This document shows positions 50,718-60,197 of a stretch of 64,000 nucleotides of DNA, in pieces. Position numbers and translations under genes: made by a program. The first letter of the stretch is position 1. Every line of letters starts with the position of its first letter. Where the stretch lies: positions 25,510-89,509 of the forward strand of contig JBPCMQ010000039.1 in the NCBI GenBank assembly GCA_051002135.1, written 5' to 3'. The notes below the pieces were generated by a model. It worked only from the letters and a program-made list of their open reading frames with translations. It made no database searches and was not told the DNA's origin. Origin of the DNA: Chloroflexota bacterium (GTDB lineage Bacteria; Chloroflexota; UBA5177).

Positions 50718-51427
50718 TGCTGACCTGGTCCCAATACTGGAGAATCTTCGTCCGCCGTTGGCCGATCGTCGCGGCCATTCTCCTACTTACGATTCTCGCC
50801 GGCGGATATCAGTTCTTGAAGGCGCGGCGCCACGTCGGATACCAGGCCTGCCTTACCCTGTACGTGTCCGACGTTTCGTCTCCAAGTCTCACGGTTGGGG
50901 CGTCTGGCGCAACGGATGTGCTGCTGGCGGGGGAGACCGCCGCCAATTTTTTCGCCGACGACATCCTGGACGTCTCTCAGTCTCAACGCGTGGCGCGGTA
51001 CCTGTCCGGGACACTTCGAAAGGCGGGACTCCCGTCGACATCCGAAGGCGACATCAACGGCGCGATCGGCGGCAGCCGCCGTGACAGGACCGTCAACTTG
51101 TGTGTGACGAATCCCAACCAAGCCTCGGCCCTTGCCGTGGCAAAGAATCTGGGGGTGGCCATGGAGCGTCGGCGTTCGCAATTCATTGGTCCCAAGCTGG
51201 CTCGGCGCACGTACGTGCATGTCGTCTCTGATGCGTCGGTGGGCCCCGCGCCATCCTCCAAGGCTCTTACCAACTTTCTGCTCCGCATCGTGTTGGGTGC
51301 TCTTGTAGCCCTGGGAGCCGCCCTCTTGTGGGATGCCCTCGACCCGAATGTGCGCGACGAGGAGGACGTGTCGCATGCTCTTGGCGCGCCCGTCATCGTA
51401 ACCGTCGCTCGCTCGAGCCGGTCGTAG
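50717..51427 (+). CDS. Wzz/CpsC-like polysaccharide co-polymerase (chain-length determinant) with two TM segments. Start at MLTWSQYW overlaps the upstream stop (TGATG).
   Basis: N-terminal TM helix, a roughly 170-aa periplasmic region, a C-terminal TM helix, then ...DPNVRDEEDVSHALGAPVI, typical of the segment preceding BY-kinase domains. Confidence 0.5.
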   Translation: MLTWSQYWRIFVRRWPIVAAILLLTILAGGYQFLKARRHVGYQACLTLYVSDVSSPSLTVGASGATDVLLAGETAANFFADDILDVSQSQRVARYLSGTLRKAGLPSTSEGDINGAIGGSRRDRTVNLCVTNPNQASALAVAKNLGVAMERRRSQFIGPKLARRTYVHVVSDASVGPAPSSKALTNFLLRIVLGALVALGAALLWDALDPNVRDEEDVSHALGAPVIVTVARSSRS

Positions 51428-51456
51428 AGGGTTGCGTGTCGAGGTAGGAGATCCCC

Positions 51457-51939
51457 GTGCGTGAAGTCGAGGCGTCGCTGCTTCTCGCCCAGATCGAGCT
51501 CTCCGTTCCTGGTCTTACCGGGGTGTTGATCGCTTCTCCCACGTCGACGATTGACTGTTTGCCGGTGGCCACCGACCTGGCACACGCCGTCACCCTCGCC
51601 GGCGGCCAGGTGCGGTTGGTATTTCTTGGCGCGGAGGAGAAGCTCATGGCAGCGGACGCGGAATCGAGGGACGAGGGCGTGTTCCGTGGTTTCATGGACC
51701 TGAGTGATCTTCGAGACTACGACCGCGCCATGCGGAAGATTGTGAGCTTTGGTGGCGTGCAGGTGGTCGTGGGGAGAGGGCTGTTGGACGATGGTCCGAC
51801 GCTCCTGGCGTCGCGTCTGGTCGAGGGGATGGTGGCCGTCGTGAAGAGGGGCTCGACCGCGCGCCGGGACCTGCGACGAATGGGCGAGTGGGCGAGAGAC
51901 GCGAAACTCCCGGTGATGGGAGCGGTTTTGATCCGTTAG
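51457..51939 (+). CDS. CpsD/CapB-like BY-kinase domain that is degenerate and lacks the Walker A lysine; a putative pseudokinase partner of the Wzz-like protein
   Basis: The C-terminal DDGPTLLASRLVEGMVAVVKRGSTARRDLRRMGEWARDAKLPVMGAVL matches BY-kinase C-terminal motifs. The expected (S)PGEGKST P-loop reads SPTSTIDCLPV. Confidence 0.4.
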   Translation: MREVEASLLLAQIELSVPGLTGVLIASPTSTIDCLPVATDLAHAVTLAGGQVRLVFLGAEEKLMAADAESRDEGVFRGFMDLSDLRDYDRAMRKIVSFGGVQVVVGRGLLDDGPTLLASRLVEGMVAVVKRGSTARRDLRRMGEWARDAKLPVMGAVLIR

Positions 51940-53173
51940 CCCGGTAGTTTGCCACGAGCCGCCAGAAGGCGCTCGATGTCGTCCCACACTGCCGCCGCCA
52001 CGTTCACCTTCGACATTTCCGGCAGTTCGACAACATCGCCTTCGTGGACCAGCAACACGTGGTTCACGTCCGACCCGAACGGGCCGTGACCGTCGGAGAC
52101 CGCATTGGCGACCACAAGCGCCTGTCCCTTGCGTCGGAGCTTGAGGCGCGCGGCGTTCAGGAGGTCCTCCGTCTCCAGCGCGAAACCGATGTGTAATGCA
52201 TCTGGCGCCGCCTCAGACGCGGCGCGCGCGATGTCCTTGGTGGGTTGCATGGTCAGCTGGAAGCCGGCATCGCGCTTGAGCTTCGAAGGCAGAACGCAGG
52301 CCGGTGAGAAGTCCGCCACGGCCGCCGCCATGATGACGATGTCGGAGGCGCCGGCTCGTTCCAGCACGGCCGCCTGCATGTCGCGCGTCGTCTCGATCGT
52401 CACGACTTCAGCTCCCGGCGGAGAGGCCAGAGCCGTCGGACCCGCGATCAGCACGACCTCCGCTCCTCGGTCGAGAGCCTCTTGAGCGAGGGCGTAGCCC
52501 ATTTTCCCCGAGCTGCGATTGCCGATGTACCGGACAGGATCGATGGGCTCATGGGTGGGACCCGCGGTCACCAAAGCCCGCAATCCATGAAGCGAGCTCC
52601 GGCGTCGAGCTGTCTGACGGATAGCCTCCAGTATGGCTGCGGGTTCGGACATTCGCCCTTCGCCGTGCGTCCCGGACGCCAGGCGTCCTTCGGATGGGCC
52701 GACGATGCGGACACCCCGCGCGCGCAAAGTCTTGACGTGCTCCTGCGTCGCCGGATGACTCCACATGCCGGTCTCCATGGCGGGGGCTACGATCAGCGGA
52801 GCCGGAGTCGAGAGAATGAGGGCGCCAAGAAGGTCGTCCGCCAGGCCCAGCGACAGCCGGGCGATGGTCGTGGCGGTTGCGGGCACGACCGCGACGACAT
52901 CCGCCCATGTACCAAGCTCGATGTGGATCATGCGCGACCCACGGCCTGGTTCGTCCCACTGACCGGTCGCGGCCTGGTTACCGGTGAGGGCCTCGAACGT
53001 CAGAGGGGTGACGAAACGGGTCGCGGTCTCCGTCAGGACCGCACGAACGTCAAACCCATGGGCTACAAGTTCGCCGGCCAGCGTCGCCGCCTTGAATGCC
53101 GCGATGCTTCCGGTCACACCAAGAACGACATGTGGGTGGTTCGTGATCGCGATCTCCTTGACTGGCGCCAAAT
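51936..53173 (-). CDS. coaBC: Bifunctional phosphopantothenoylcysteine decarboxylase / phosphopantothenate-cysteine ligase. The start is uncertain (possibly TTG near 53173); the track extension to 53360 is antisense to a small plus-strand gene.
   Basis: VVLGVTGSIAAFKA flavoprotein N-domain, plus C-terminal CoaB domain motifs (GPT...SSGKMG, AAAVADF). Confidence 0.8.
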
Positions 53174-53253
53174 AAACGGCTACACTTACGGCCAATGGGT
53201 AGGTAACACTCCGGGAGCTGCGGTTCCCGGTTTTCTTGTCTGGAGGCGAAAGC

Positions 53254-53520
53254 ATGAAGGATGTCAAGATTCCAGGTGAGCCCATGCCCACCGGGTCCCC
53301 GCTGCTGCGAAACCTGACCATCGTTGCCAGCGGGCTGACAGCCGCCAGTGTCGCCGTCAATCTGATTCTACAAGTGGCTCATTTCGCCAAGAAACGCCCC
53401 GTCGGTCCGGATCAACGAGACCGCATCGAGGCGGCGGGATTGACCCTCGCAGTCCTGAGGCAGCTGCCCAGTCTCATCAAACAGGTCCGCTTGCTCATCA
53501 ATCAGGTGAAAGCAAGCTAA
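53254..53520 (+). CDS. small hypothetical protein with one TM segment (about 88 aa)
   Basis: GGAGG Shine-Dalgarno 7 nt before ATG (MKDVKIPGEP...). Hydrophobic stretch TIVASGLTAASVAVNLIL. Confidence 0.4.
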   Translation: MKDVKIPGEPMPTGSPLLRNLTIVASGLTAASVAVNLILQVAHFAKKRPVGPDQRDRIEAAGLTLAVLRQLPSLIKQVRLLINQVKAS

Positions 53521-53545
53521 CGCAAGCTAACCCAAGGTAGAAACA

Positions 53546-53749
53546 ATGAAACAAGGCATTCATCCGGCTTATGGGGAGTCAACCGTCACATGCTCCTGCG
53601 GCAACACGTTCATGACGCGATCAACGCGGGCGGAGATGCGCGTCGACGTATGCTCCAACTGCCATCCTTTTTACACAGGAACGCAGCGTATCGTGGACTC
53701 AGCAGGTCAAGTCGAGCGGTTCCGAAAGCGATTCAACATCGAGCAATAG
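53546..53749 (+). CDS. rpmE: 50S ribosomal protein L31 (zinc-ribbon type)
   Basis: MKQGIHPAY start. CSCGN...[10 protein letters not shown] zinc ribbon. Confidence 0.9.
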   Translation: MKQGIHPAYGESTVTCSCGNTFMTRSTRAEMRVDVCSNCHPFYTGTQRIVDSAGQVERFRKRFNIEQ

Positions 53750-53795
53750 CGTGGTGTCGGGTGGACAGGAGCGACCTGCACGCCGGCAAGGACAC

Positions 53796-53840
53796 ACGAG
53801 GGGACCGTCGTCGGCGGGCCCCTCGTGTTTTTTTGTTTTT
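53796..53840 (+). terminator. Rho-independent terminator after rpmE
   Basis: ACGAGGGGACC-loop-GGGCCCCTCGT stem followed by TTTTTTTGTTTTT. Confidence 0.6.
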
Positions 53841-53862
53841 GGGGAATTTTGGGGAATGAGGA

Positions 53863-54795
53863 ATGACTGAGTTTTACTACGGCGGTCAAGCCGTCATTGA
53901 GGGCGTCATGATGCGGGGCCGGCGCCAGGCAACGGTGGCGGTTCGCCGTATCGACGGAACGCTTGCCACCTACAGCGAGGACCTGCCACGCGGTCTGTAT
54001 CGGGCGCGGGTCGCGAAGCTTCCGTTCATCCGAGGCCTGGTAGCCCTGTGGGAGATGCTCATCCTGGGCACGCGCATGATGTTGTACTCGGCCAACGTAC
54101 AGGCTGGACGAGAGATCGATCAGAAAATCCCGCGCCAGGTCGTGGCCTTGATGCTGGCCGTGTCGCTCACGTTCGTCATTGGACTCTTCTTCGTCGTCCC
54201 CCTTCTCCTGGCGCGCGGAGCTGCTCGCGGCCACGGCCCGCTTGCCGGGAACGCAGCGGAGGGCGTCATTCGTCTGCTGCTGTTCGTCGGCTATCTGGCT
54301 CTCGTGGGTCGGTTCGAGCGCATGCGTTGCGTTTTTCAGTACCACGGGGCCGAGCACAAGACGATCAACGCTTTCGAGCACGGGGCCGAGCTGAGCCCGG
54401 CGTCGGTCCAGAGATTCAGCACGGTCCACGTGCGCTGCGGAACCGCGTTCCTGCTGTGGGTCATCGTCATCTCCATCTTCGTGTTCGCTCTCATTGGCCA
54501 CCCTCCCTTGCTGATCGGCATCCTCGCCAGGATCATCCTGGTTCCCACCATCGCGGCGATCAGCTACGAGATCTTGCGTCTCGCCGCCCGCTACTATCAC
54601 CTTCCGCCCGTGCGGGTGATGGTGCAACCGGGCCTGTGGCTGCAGCGCTTGACGACCCGCGAGCCGTCGGCCGATCAGGTAGCGGTTGCTATCGCGGCCC
54701 TCATGCCCGTGCTCGCAGCCGACGGAGCGGTGGTACCGGAGCCCCAGCAGGCGGCCGTGACCGTCCGGGTCACGACCTCGGGCGCCGCCGGATGA
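53863..54795 (+). CDS. DUF1385-family membrane protein (conserved partner of rpmE/prfA in Gram-positive-type genomes)
   Basis: MTEFYYGGQAVIEGVMMRG N-terminus, HGAEHK motif and several TM helices. GAGGA Shine-Dalgarno upstream. Confidence 0.6.
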   Translation: MTEFYYGGQAVIEGVMMRGRRQATVAVRRIDGTLATYSEDLPRGLYRARVAKLPFIRGLVALWEMLILGTRMMLYSANVQAGREIDQKIPRQVVALMLAVSLTFVIGLFFVVPLLLARGAARGHGPLAGNAAEGVIRLLLFVGYLALVGRFERMRCVFQYHGAEHKTINAFEHGAELSPASVQRFSTVHVRCGTAFLLWVIVISIFVFALIGHPPLLIGILARIILVPTIAAISYEILRLAARYYHLPPVRVMVQPGLWLQRLTTREPSADQVAVAIAALMPVLAADGAVVPEPQQAAVTVRVTTSGAAG

Positions 54796-54805
54796 AGTCG
54801 GCGCC

Positions 54806-55879
54806 ATGATCGATCGACTGGATGCCATGGAGCGCCGGTACGAAGAGCTCGGCCGCCTCATGGGTGAACCGCAGGTGTTTGATGATCTCGCTCTGCTGCA
54901 GAGATATGCGCGAGAACACTCGGAGCTGCAGGCCACGGTCACCATATACTGGCAGCTGAAAGACACAAACGCAGGAATTGCTGACGCCGAATCTGTGCTG
55001 AACGACAATCCCGACGACGAGATGCGGGACCTGGCGCGGGAGACGCTGCGCGAGCTGCGGGATAGAAGGGAGGAACAATTGGCCGCGCTGCGGTCCGCTC
55101 TCGTTCCCAAAGACCCCAATGAGGACAAGAACGCGATCGTCGAGATTCGAGCCGCGGCTGGTGGCGACGAGGCTGCTCTCTTTGCGCGTGAGCTGTTCCG
55201 CATGTACGCGCTCTTCGCCGAGCAGCGAGGTTGGACAGTCGAAACCATCGATCTGAATGAAACGGGGATTGGCGGCATCAAAGAGGTGATCGCGGAGGTC
55301 GCCGGCGCCGGAGTCTATGGCAAGCTTAAGTGGGAAAGCGGTGTGCATCGCGTACAGCGTGTTCCGGCAACGGAATCGCAGGGTCGTATCCATACCTCCA
55401 CGGCGACCGTGATCGTCATGCCCGAGGCCGAGGACGTGGACGTGGAGCTGCGGTCGGAGGACCTGCGTATCGACGTGTATCGCTCAAGCGGGCACGGCGG
55501 TCAGGGCGTCAACACCACCGACAGTGCGGTGCGCATAACGCATCTGCCGACCGGCATCGTCGTCACCTGTCAAAACGAGAGATCGCAGCTGAAAAACAAG
55601 GCAAGCGCGATGTCCGTCTTGCGCAGCCGGCTCTACGACCTGGAGGAACAGCGTCGAGCGCGGGAGCAGGGTGACGCCCGGCGGTCGCAGGTGCAAACGG
55701 GAGATCGCAGTGAGAAGATTCGCACGTACAACTTTCCGCAGGATCGGGTGACTGACCACCGTATCGGAGCAAGCGTGCACAACTTGCCGTCCATCATGAA
55801 CGGCAATGTCGGACCACTCATCGAGCAGCTGGCGATGCGCGAGCGCGCTGAGGGTCTGGAGTCCGATGGGGCGGCATGA
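54806..55879 (+). CDS. prfA: peptide chain release factor 1
   Basis: PxT-region and the SGHGGQGVNTTDSAVRITHLPTGIVV GGQ motif. Confidence 0.9.
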   Translation: MIDRLDAMERRYEELGRLMGEPQVFDDLALLQRYAREHSELQATVTIYWQLKDTNAGIADAESVLNDNPDDEMRDLARETLRELRDRREEQLAALRSALVPKDPNEDKNAIVEIRAAAGGDEAALFARELFRMYALFAEQRGWTVETIDLNETGIGGIKEVIAEVAGAGVYGKLKWESGVHRVQRVPATESQGRIHTSTATVIVMPEAEDVDVELRSEDLRIDVYRSSGHGGQGVNTTDSAVRITHLPTGIVVTCQNERSQLKNKASAMSVLRSRLYDLEEQRRAREQGDARRSQVQTGDRSEKIRTYNFPQDRVTDHRIGASVHNLPSIMNGNVGPLIEQLAMRERAEGLESDGAA

Positions 55880-56748
55880 ACCCGGCCCTCTCCGCTACCG
55901 GCACTGTGGACGACGCCCTGCGCTGGGGCCGCGTACGGCTGGCCTCGTCGGACAGCCCAGCGCTCGATTCTCAGCTGCTGTTGGGACACGTGCTGGGGAC
56001 GTCGCGTGCGTGGCTGTTCGCTCACGGTGACGATGACCTGCACAGCCGCCAATGGAGGGCCTTTGAGGGCCTCGTGGGGAGAAGAGCAGGGGGCGAACCG
56101 ATCGCGTATCTGCGCGGATGGGTTGAGTGGCATGGGCGCGAGTACGCGTCCTCGCCGCGCGCACTCGTTCCGCGGCCGGAGACCGAGCGCCTGCTCGAGA
56201 CGGCAGTTGAGCTTTGCACATTCATAGGCGCCCGGACGGTCGCCGACATCGGCACCGGGTCGGGGGTGATCGCAGCCGAGCTGGCGCTTGCCCTTCCAGC
56301 GGCACGGATCATCGCGGTGGATCGGAGCCGGAAAGCCCTGTCAGTTGCCGCCGACAATCTAGCACGAGTGGGAGCGACAGCTCGCGTGACGCTTTTGCAC
56401 GGCCACCTTCTCGAGCCGATCGATGAGCCCCCGCATGCGATGGTGGCCAACCTACCCTATTTGTCCTTGTCGATGATGCGGGATCTGCCGCGCGAGGTCA
56501 GGCACGAGCCCTGCTGCGCGCTTTTCGGGGGCGGCGAGACCGGGCTGGAGCTCTACGCCGAGCTGCTCGACCAGATGCTCCGGAGGGGGTGGGAGATCCC
56601 TATCGCGGCGGAGATCGATCCGCGTCAGACCGAAGCCGCGCGCCGGTTATTTTCGTCCTCCCTGCCGCACTTGACGGTGCGCGTCCTGGACGACTACGCA
56701 CACAGTCCCCGCATCGTCATGGCGGCTCGGGGGTCGCCAGGCACGTGA
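55876..56748 (+). CDS. prmC: release-factor glutamine N5-methyltransferase PrmC (HemK)
   Basis: GTGSGVIA SAM-binding motif, and the ANLPY (NPPY-type) motif. Start overlaps the prfA stop. Confidence 0.85.
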   Translation: MNPALSATGTVDDALRWGRVRLASSDSPALDSQLLLGHVLGTSRAWLFAHGDDDLHSRQWRAFEGLVGRRAGGEPIAYLRGWVEWHGREYASSPRALVPRPETERLLETAVELCTFIGARTVADIGTGSGVIAAELALALPAARIIAVDRSRKALSVAADNLARVGATARVTLLHGHLLEPIDEPPHAMVANLPYLSLSMMRDLPREVRHEPCCALFGGGETGLELYAELLDQMLRRGWEIPIAAEIDPRQTEAARRLFSSSLPHLTVRVLDDYAHSPRIVMAARGSPGT

Positions 56749-57419
56749 ATCAGCCGGAGCTTCTGTCAGGCGACAATCCACGTCACGTGCTGAGAGCAGC
56801 GCGAATTCTGCGCGACGGAGGCGTGGTCATAGTCCCCACGGACACGCTTTACGGCATCGCCGCAAGTGTCTTTCAGCCGGATGCTGTCGATCGCGTGTAC
56901 CGCATCAAAGATCGAGCCCGCGAAAGACGCGTGCCGGTCTTGCTGAGCACGGCAACGGACATTCCGATGCTCGCGGAGCCACCACCACGTGTGGCATGGA
57001 AGCTGATCGGCTCCTTCTGGCCCGGCGCCCTGACTCTCGTCCTGCCGGCGGCAGCATCCGCTCCCCGGGGTGTGACGCAGAATCGAGGGACGATTGCCCT
57101 CCGCGTGCCGGCTGGCAAGACGTGTCTGCAGCTGCTCCAGGTCCTCGGTGAGCCTATTGTGGGAACAAGCGCAAATCGCAGCGGGGAGCCACCCGCCGCC
57201 GAAGCCGAGCGGGCCGCGGAGAGACTCCCGGATGTCGACGCGGTGCTTCGGGACGATCGAGGCGTGAGTGGCGGCGATCCGTCAACGGTGGTCGAGGTCG
57301 GCGAGGGGGGAATAACCGTGGTTCGCCAGGGAGCGATCAGCACCGAAGCCATACGGATGGTCGTGGGCCCGGCCACGGCGGTGCACGAGGAATTGGCCCC
57401 CAGACAGACTGCACAGTAA
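56745..57419 (+). CDS. tsaC: L-threonylcarbamoyladenylate synthase (TsaC/YrdC/YwlC type). GTG start overlaps the prmC stop (GTGA); track ORF starts 56589.
   Basis: VVIVPTDTLYGIAASV, KDRARERRVPVLL and GTSANRSGEPPAA are YrdC/Sua5-domain motifs. Confidence 0.8.
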   Translation: MNQPELLSGDNPRHVLRAARILRDGGVVIVPTDTLYGIAASVFQPDAVDRVYRIKDRARERRVPVLLSTATDIPMLAEPPPRVAWKLIGSFWPGALTLVLPAAASAPRGVTQNRGTIALRVPAGKTCLQLLQVLGEPIVGTSANRSGEPPAAEAERAAERLPDVDAVLRDDRGVSGGDPSTVVEVGEGGITVVRQGAISTEAIRMVVGPATAVHEELAPRQTAQ

Positions 57420-57509
57420 GATGCGGTCAGACCGCGATGAAACGCAGACTTGGTGGTCCCACGCGTTCCAGGCACGTGGGGCCGCCGTTTTTCGGGCAGG
57501 GACGGTGAG

Positions 57510-60197
57510 ATGACCAGCGAGACGGACGCACGCCCTGACATGGCGCCCGCATACCGGCCGGCCGAGGTCGAGGAGCGGTGCTACGCGTGGTGGGAAGAAA
57601 CGGGACTCTTCCGGCCGGATCCGAATTCGACCCGTCCGACGTTCTGCATAACGATCCCGCCCCCGAACGTCACTGGTGACCTGCACATGGGCCACGCTCT
57701 GACCTACGGTATCGAGGACGTCCTCGGCAGATACAAGCGCATGCGCGGCTTCAAAACCCTCATTCTTCCCGGAACCGACCACGCCGGTATCGCCACCCAG
57801 AACGTCGTGGAGAAACAACTGGCGGCGGAAGGCCTGTCGCGCGACGACCTGGGACGGGAACGGTTTTTGGAACGCGTATGGGAATGGAAGGACCAGTACG
57901 CCGACAACATCCGCCGTCAGTTCCGCGCCATGGGTTGCGGGTTCGACTGGAGCCGTGAGCGTTTCACTATGGACCCCGCGTATGTCGATGCGGTGCTCGA
58001 GTTCTTCATACGCCTGTACCGCGAAGGGAAAATCTACCGTGGGTGGCGGGTCATCAATTGGTGCGTGCGTTGTCACTCGGCCATTAGCGACATCGAGGTG
58101 GAGGACGAACAGCGGGACGACACCCTCTACTATCTTCGCTACCCGTTCGTCGCGGGCGATGGTGACATCGTGGTGGCCACGGTGCGTCCCGAGACGATTT
58201 TGGGCGACGTTGCGGTCGCGGTGCACCCCGATGACGCGCGGTACTCTGCTTTTGTAGACAAAGAGGTCAGTTTGCCCCTACTCGACCGCCCGTTGACCAT
58301 CATCGCCGATTCGATGGTAGATATGGCGTTTGGTACCGGTGCCGTGAAGATCACACCGGCCCACGACTTCGCGGATTTCGAGGTTGGCGAGAGGCACGGC
58401 CTACCCATGCCGATCGCGATCGATCCTCAGGCACGCATCACCGAGGTGGGAGGGCCGTATCGGGGTCAGAGCGTCGCGGAGGCGCGGGAAAGTGTCTTGC
58501 GTGATCTTCAGGAGGGCGGATTCCTCGTCAAGACCGAACCGCTGCGGCACCTCGTACCGACGTGCGAGCGCTGCGGCGCGCTGCTGGAGCCGCTCCTGTC
58601 CGAGCAGTGGTTCATGAAGATGGACGAGCTGGCGCAGCCGGCGATCGACGTCGTTCACGACCGGCGGGTGACCTTCATCCCGCAGCGCTGGTCCCGCGTC
58701 TACCTTGACTGGATGGAGCGCATTCGGCCCTGGACGCTCTCGCGCCAGCTGTGGTGGGGACATCGCATCCCCATCTATTACTGCGCCAACGGGCACGCGG
58801 TCGCAAGCAAAAGCTGGCCCGACGCATGTACGGACTGCGGAGCCGCTATTGAGAGGCAGGACCCGGACGTGCTCGATACCTGGTTCAGCTCCGCTCTGTG
58901 GCCTTTTGCCGCTCTGGGATGGCCCCAATGGACCGAGGATCTCGAGACGTTCTATCCGACGTCGTTCATGAACACCTCGAGCCAGATCCTCTATCTCTGG
59001 ATCGCCCGCATGATCATGACCGGCCTCAAATTCATGGACGACATTCCCTTCCCGGTGGTGCTCATCAACCCCACGATCCTCAATCATCTGGGACAGCGCA
59101 TGAGCAAGTCGCTGGGGACGGGCATCGATCCGCTGAACCTCGTGCGGATCTACGGGGCCGACGCTTTGCGATTCGGTCTCATCACCTCCGGGAGCACTCA
59201 CCAGCAAGATATTCGGTTCTCCGCCGATCGCGTGGAACAGGCGAGGAACTTCGCCAACAAGATCTGGAACGTGGCACGCTTCATCGTGAGCAATCAGGTG
59301 GATGACGAGGCCGGAAACCTCGATTTCCGGCCCGAGGATCGGTGGATCTTGAGTCGATTGAGCGCCGTCACCCAGGCCGCCACGCGGGACTTCGAGAGGT
59401 GTGAGCTCAGCGGAGCTGGGCAAAGGCTGTTTGACTTTGCCTGGGCCGAGCTGGCCGATTGGTACCTCGAGGTCGCCAAGCTGCGCCTGTTTGACGGCTC
59501 CGACATCGTGGGAGGCTTCACGGCGCGCGCCGTGCTCTGGTCTGTACTGGACAACACAGTGCGGCTGCTGCATCCCTATATGCCCTTTCTCACGGAGGAA
59601 ATCTGGGGATTCCTGCGCGAGACGGGATCGCCGGCGGCTCGCGAGCTCAGTGGCTGGCACCAGGATCTTCCGAAAAGCATCATGGCCGCGCCCTGGCCGG
59701 ATGCTGGGTCCCGGGATGAAGCGGTTGAACGCGATATGGGCGTGGTCCGAGACATCGTGCGCGAGGTGCGAGCCGCTCGAGCACAGTACGGCGTCGAGCC
59801 GGGGAAGTACATCCCGGCTTCCGTCGTTACCGCCGATGACGACGGCAGCGTCGAGGCATCGGCGGCCCTGATCTCTCGCATGGGACGGCTGCGACCCCTC
59901 GATCTGGCGCCAGCGATGCCCGAGCGCCGGCCGAACATCGTTTCCATCCTCGTCGGCTCCGTGACCGTTCTCCTGCCGCTCGCCGAGATGACGGACGTCC
60001 GCGCGGAGCGTGACCGACTTGGCAAAGACCTGGAGGACGTCGCCGGCGCGCTACAAAAGGTTCGGGCCAAGCTGTCGAATAGCGCATTCACGGAGCGAGC
60101 TCCGTCGCACGTGGTGGAGCGCGAGCGTGTCCGTGCGGACACGCTCGAGGAACGGGCAAGGCGCCTGCGCGAGCAGGTCGACGCCCTCGCGGTGTGA
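57510..60197 (+). CDS. valS: Valine--tRNA ligase. Start at MTSETDARPD; track ORF starts 57450.
   Basis: PPNVTGDLHMGHA (HIGH), KMSKS, editing domain, and C-terminal coiled-coil. Confidence 0.9.
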   Translation: MTSETDARPDMAPAYRPAEVEERCYAWWEETGLFRPDPNSTRPTFCITIPPPNVTGDLHMGHALTYGIEDVLGRYKRMRGFKTLILPGTDHAGIATQNVVEKQLAAEGLSRDDLGRERFLERVWEWKDQYADNIRRQFRAMGCGFDWSRERFTMDPAYVDAVLEFFIRLYREGKIYRGWRVINWCVRCHSAISDIEVEDEQRDDTLYYLRYPFVAGDGDIVVATVRPETILGDVAVAVHPDDARYSAFVDKEVSLPLLDRPLTIIADSMVDMAFGTGAVKITPAHDFADFEVGERHGLPMPIAIDPQARITEVGGPYRGQSVAEARESVLRDLQEGGFLVKTEPLRHLVPTCERCGALLEPLLSEQWFMKMDELAQPAIDVVHDRRVTFIPQRWSRVYLDWMERIRPWTLSRQLWWGHRIPIYYCANGHAVASKSWPDACTDCGAAIERQDPDVLDTWFSSALWPFAALGWPQWTEDLETFYPTSFMNTSSQILYLWIARMIMTGLKFMDDIPFPVVLINPTILNHLGQRMSKSLGTGIDPLNLVRIYGADALRFGLITSGSTHQQDIRFSADRVEQARNFANKIWNVARFIVSNQVDDEAGNLDFRPEDRWILSRLSAVTQAATRDFERCELSGAGQRLFDFAWAELADWYLEVAKLRLFDGSDIVGGFTARAVLWSVLDNTVRLLHPYMPFLTEEIWGFLRETGSPAARELSGWHQDLPKSIMAAPWPDAGSRDEAVERDMGVVRDIVREVRAARAQYGVEPGKYIPASVVTADDDGSVEASAALISRMGRLRPLDLAPAMPERRPNIVSILVGSVTVLLPLAEMTDVRAERDRLGKDLEDVAGALQKVRAKLSNSAFTERAPSHVVERERVRADTLEERARRLREQVDALAV

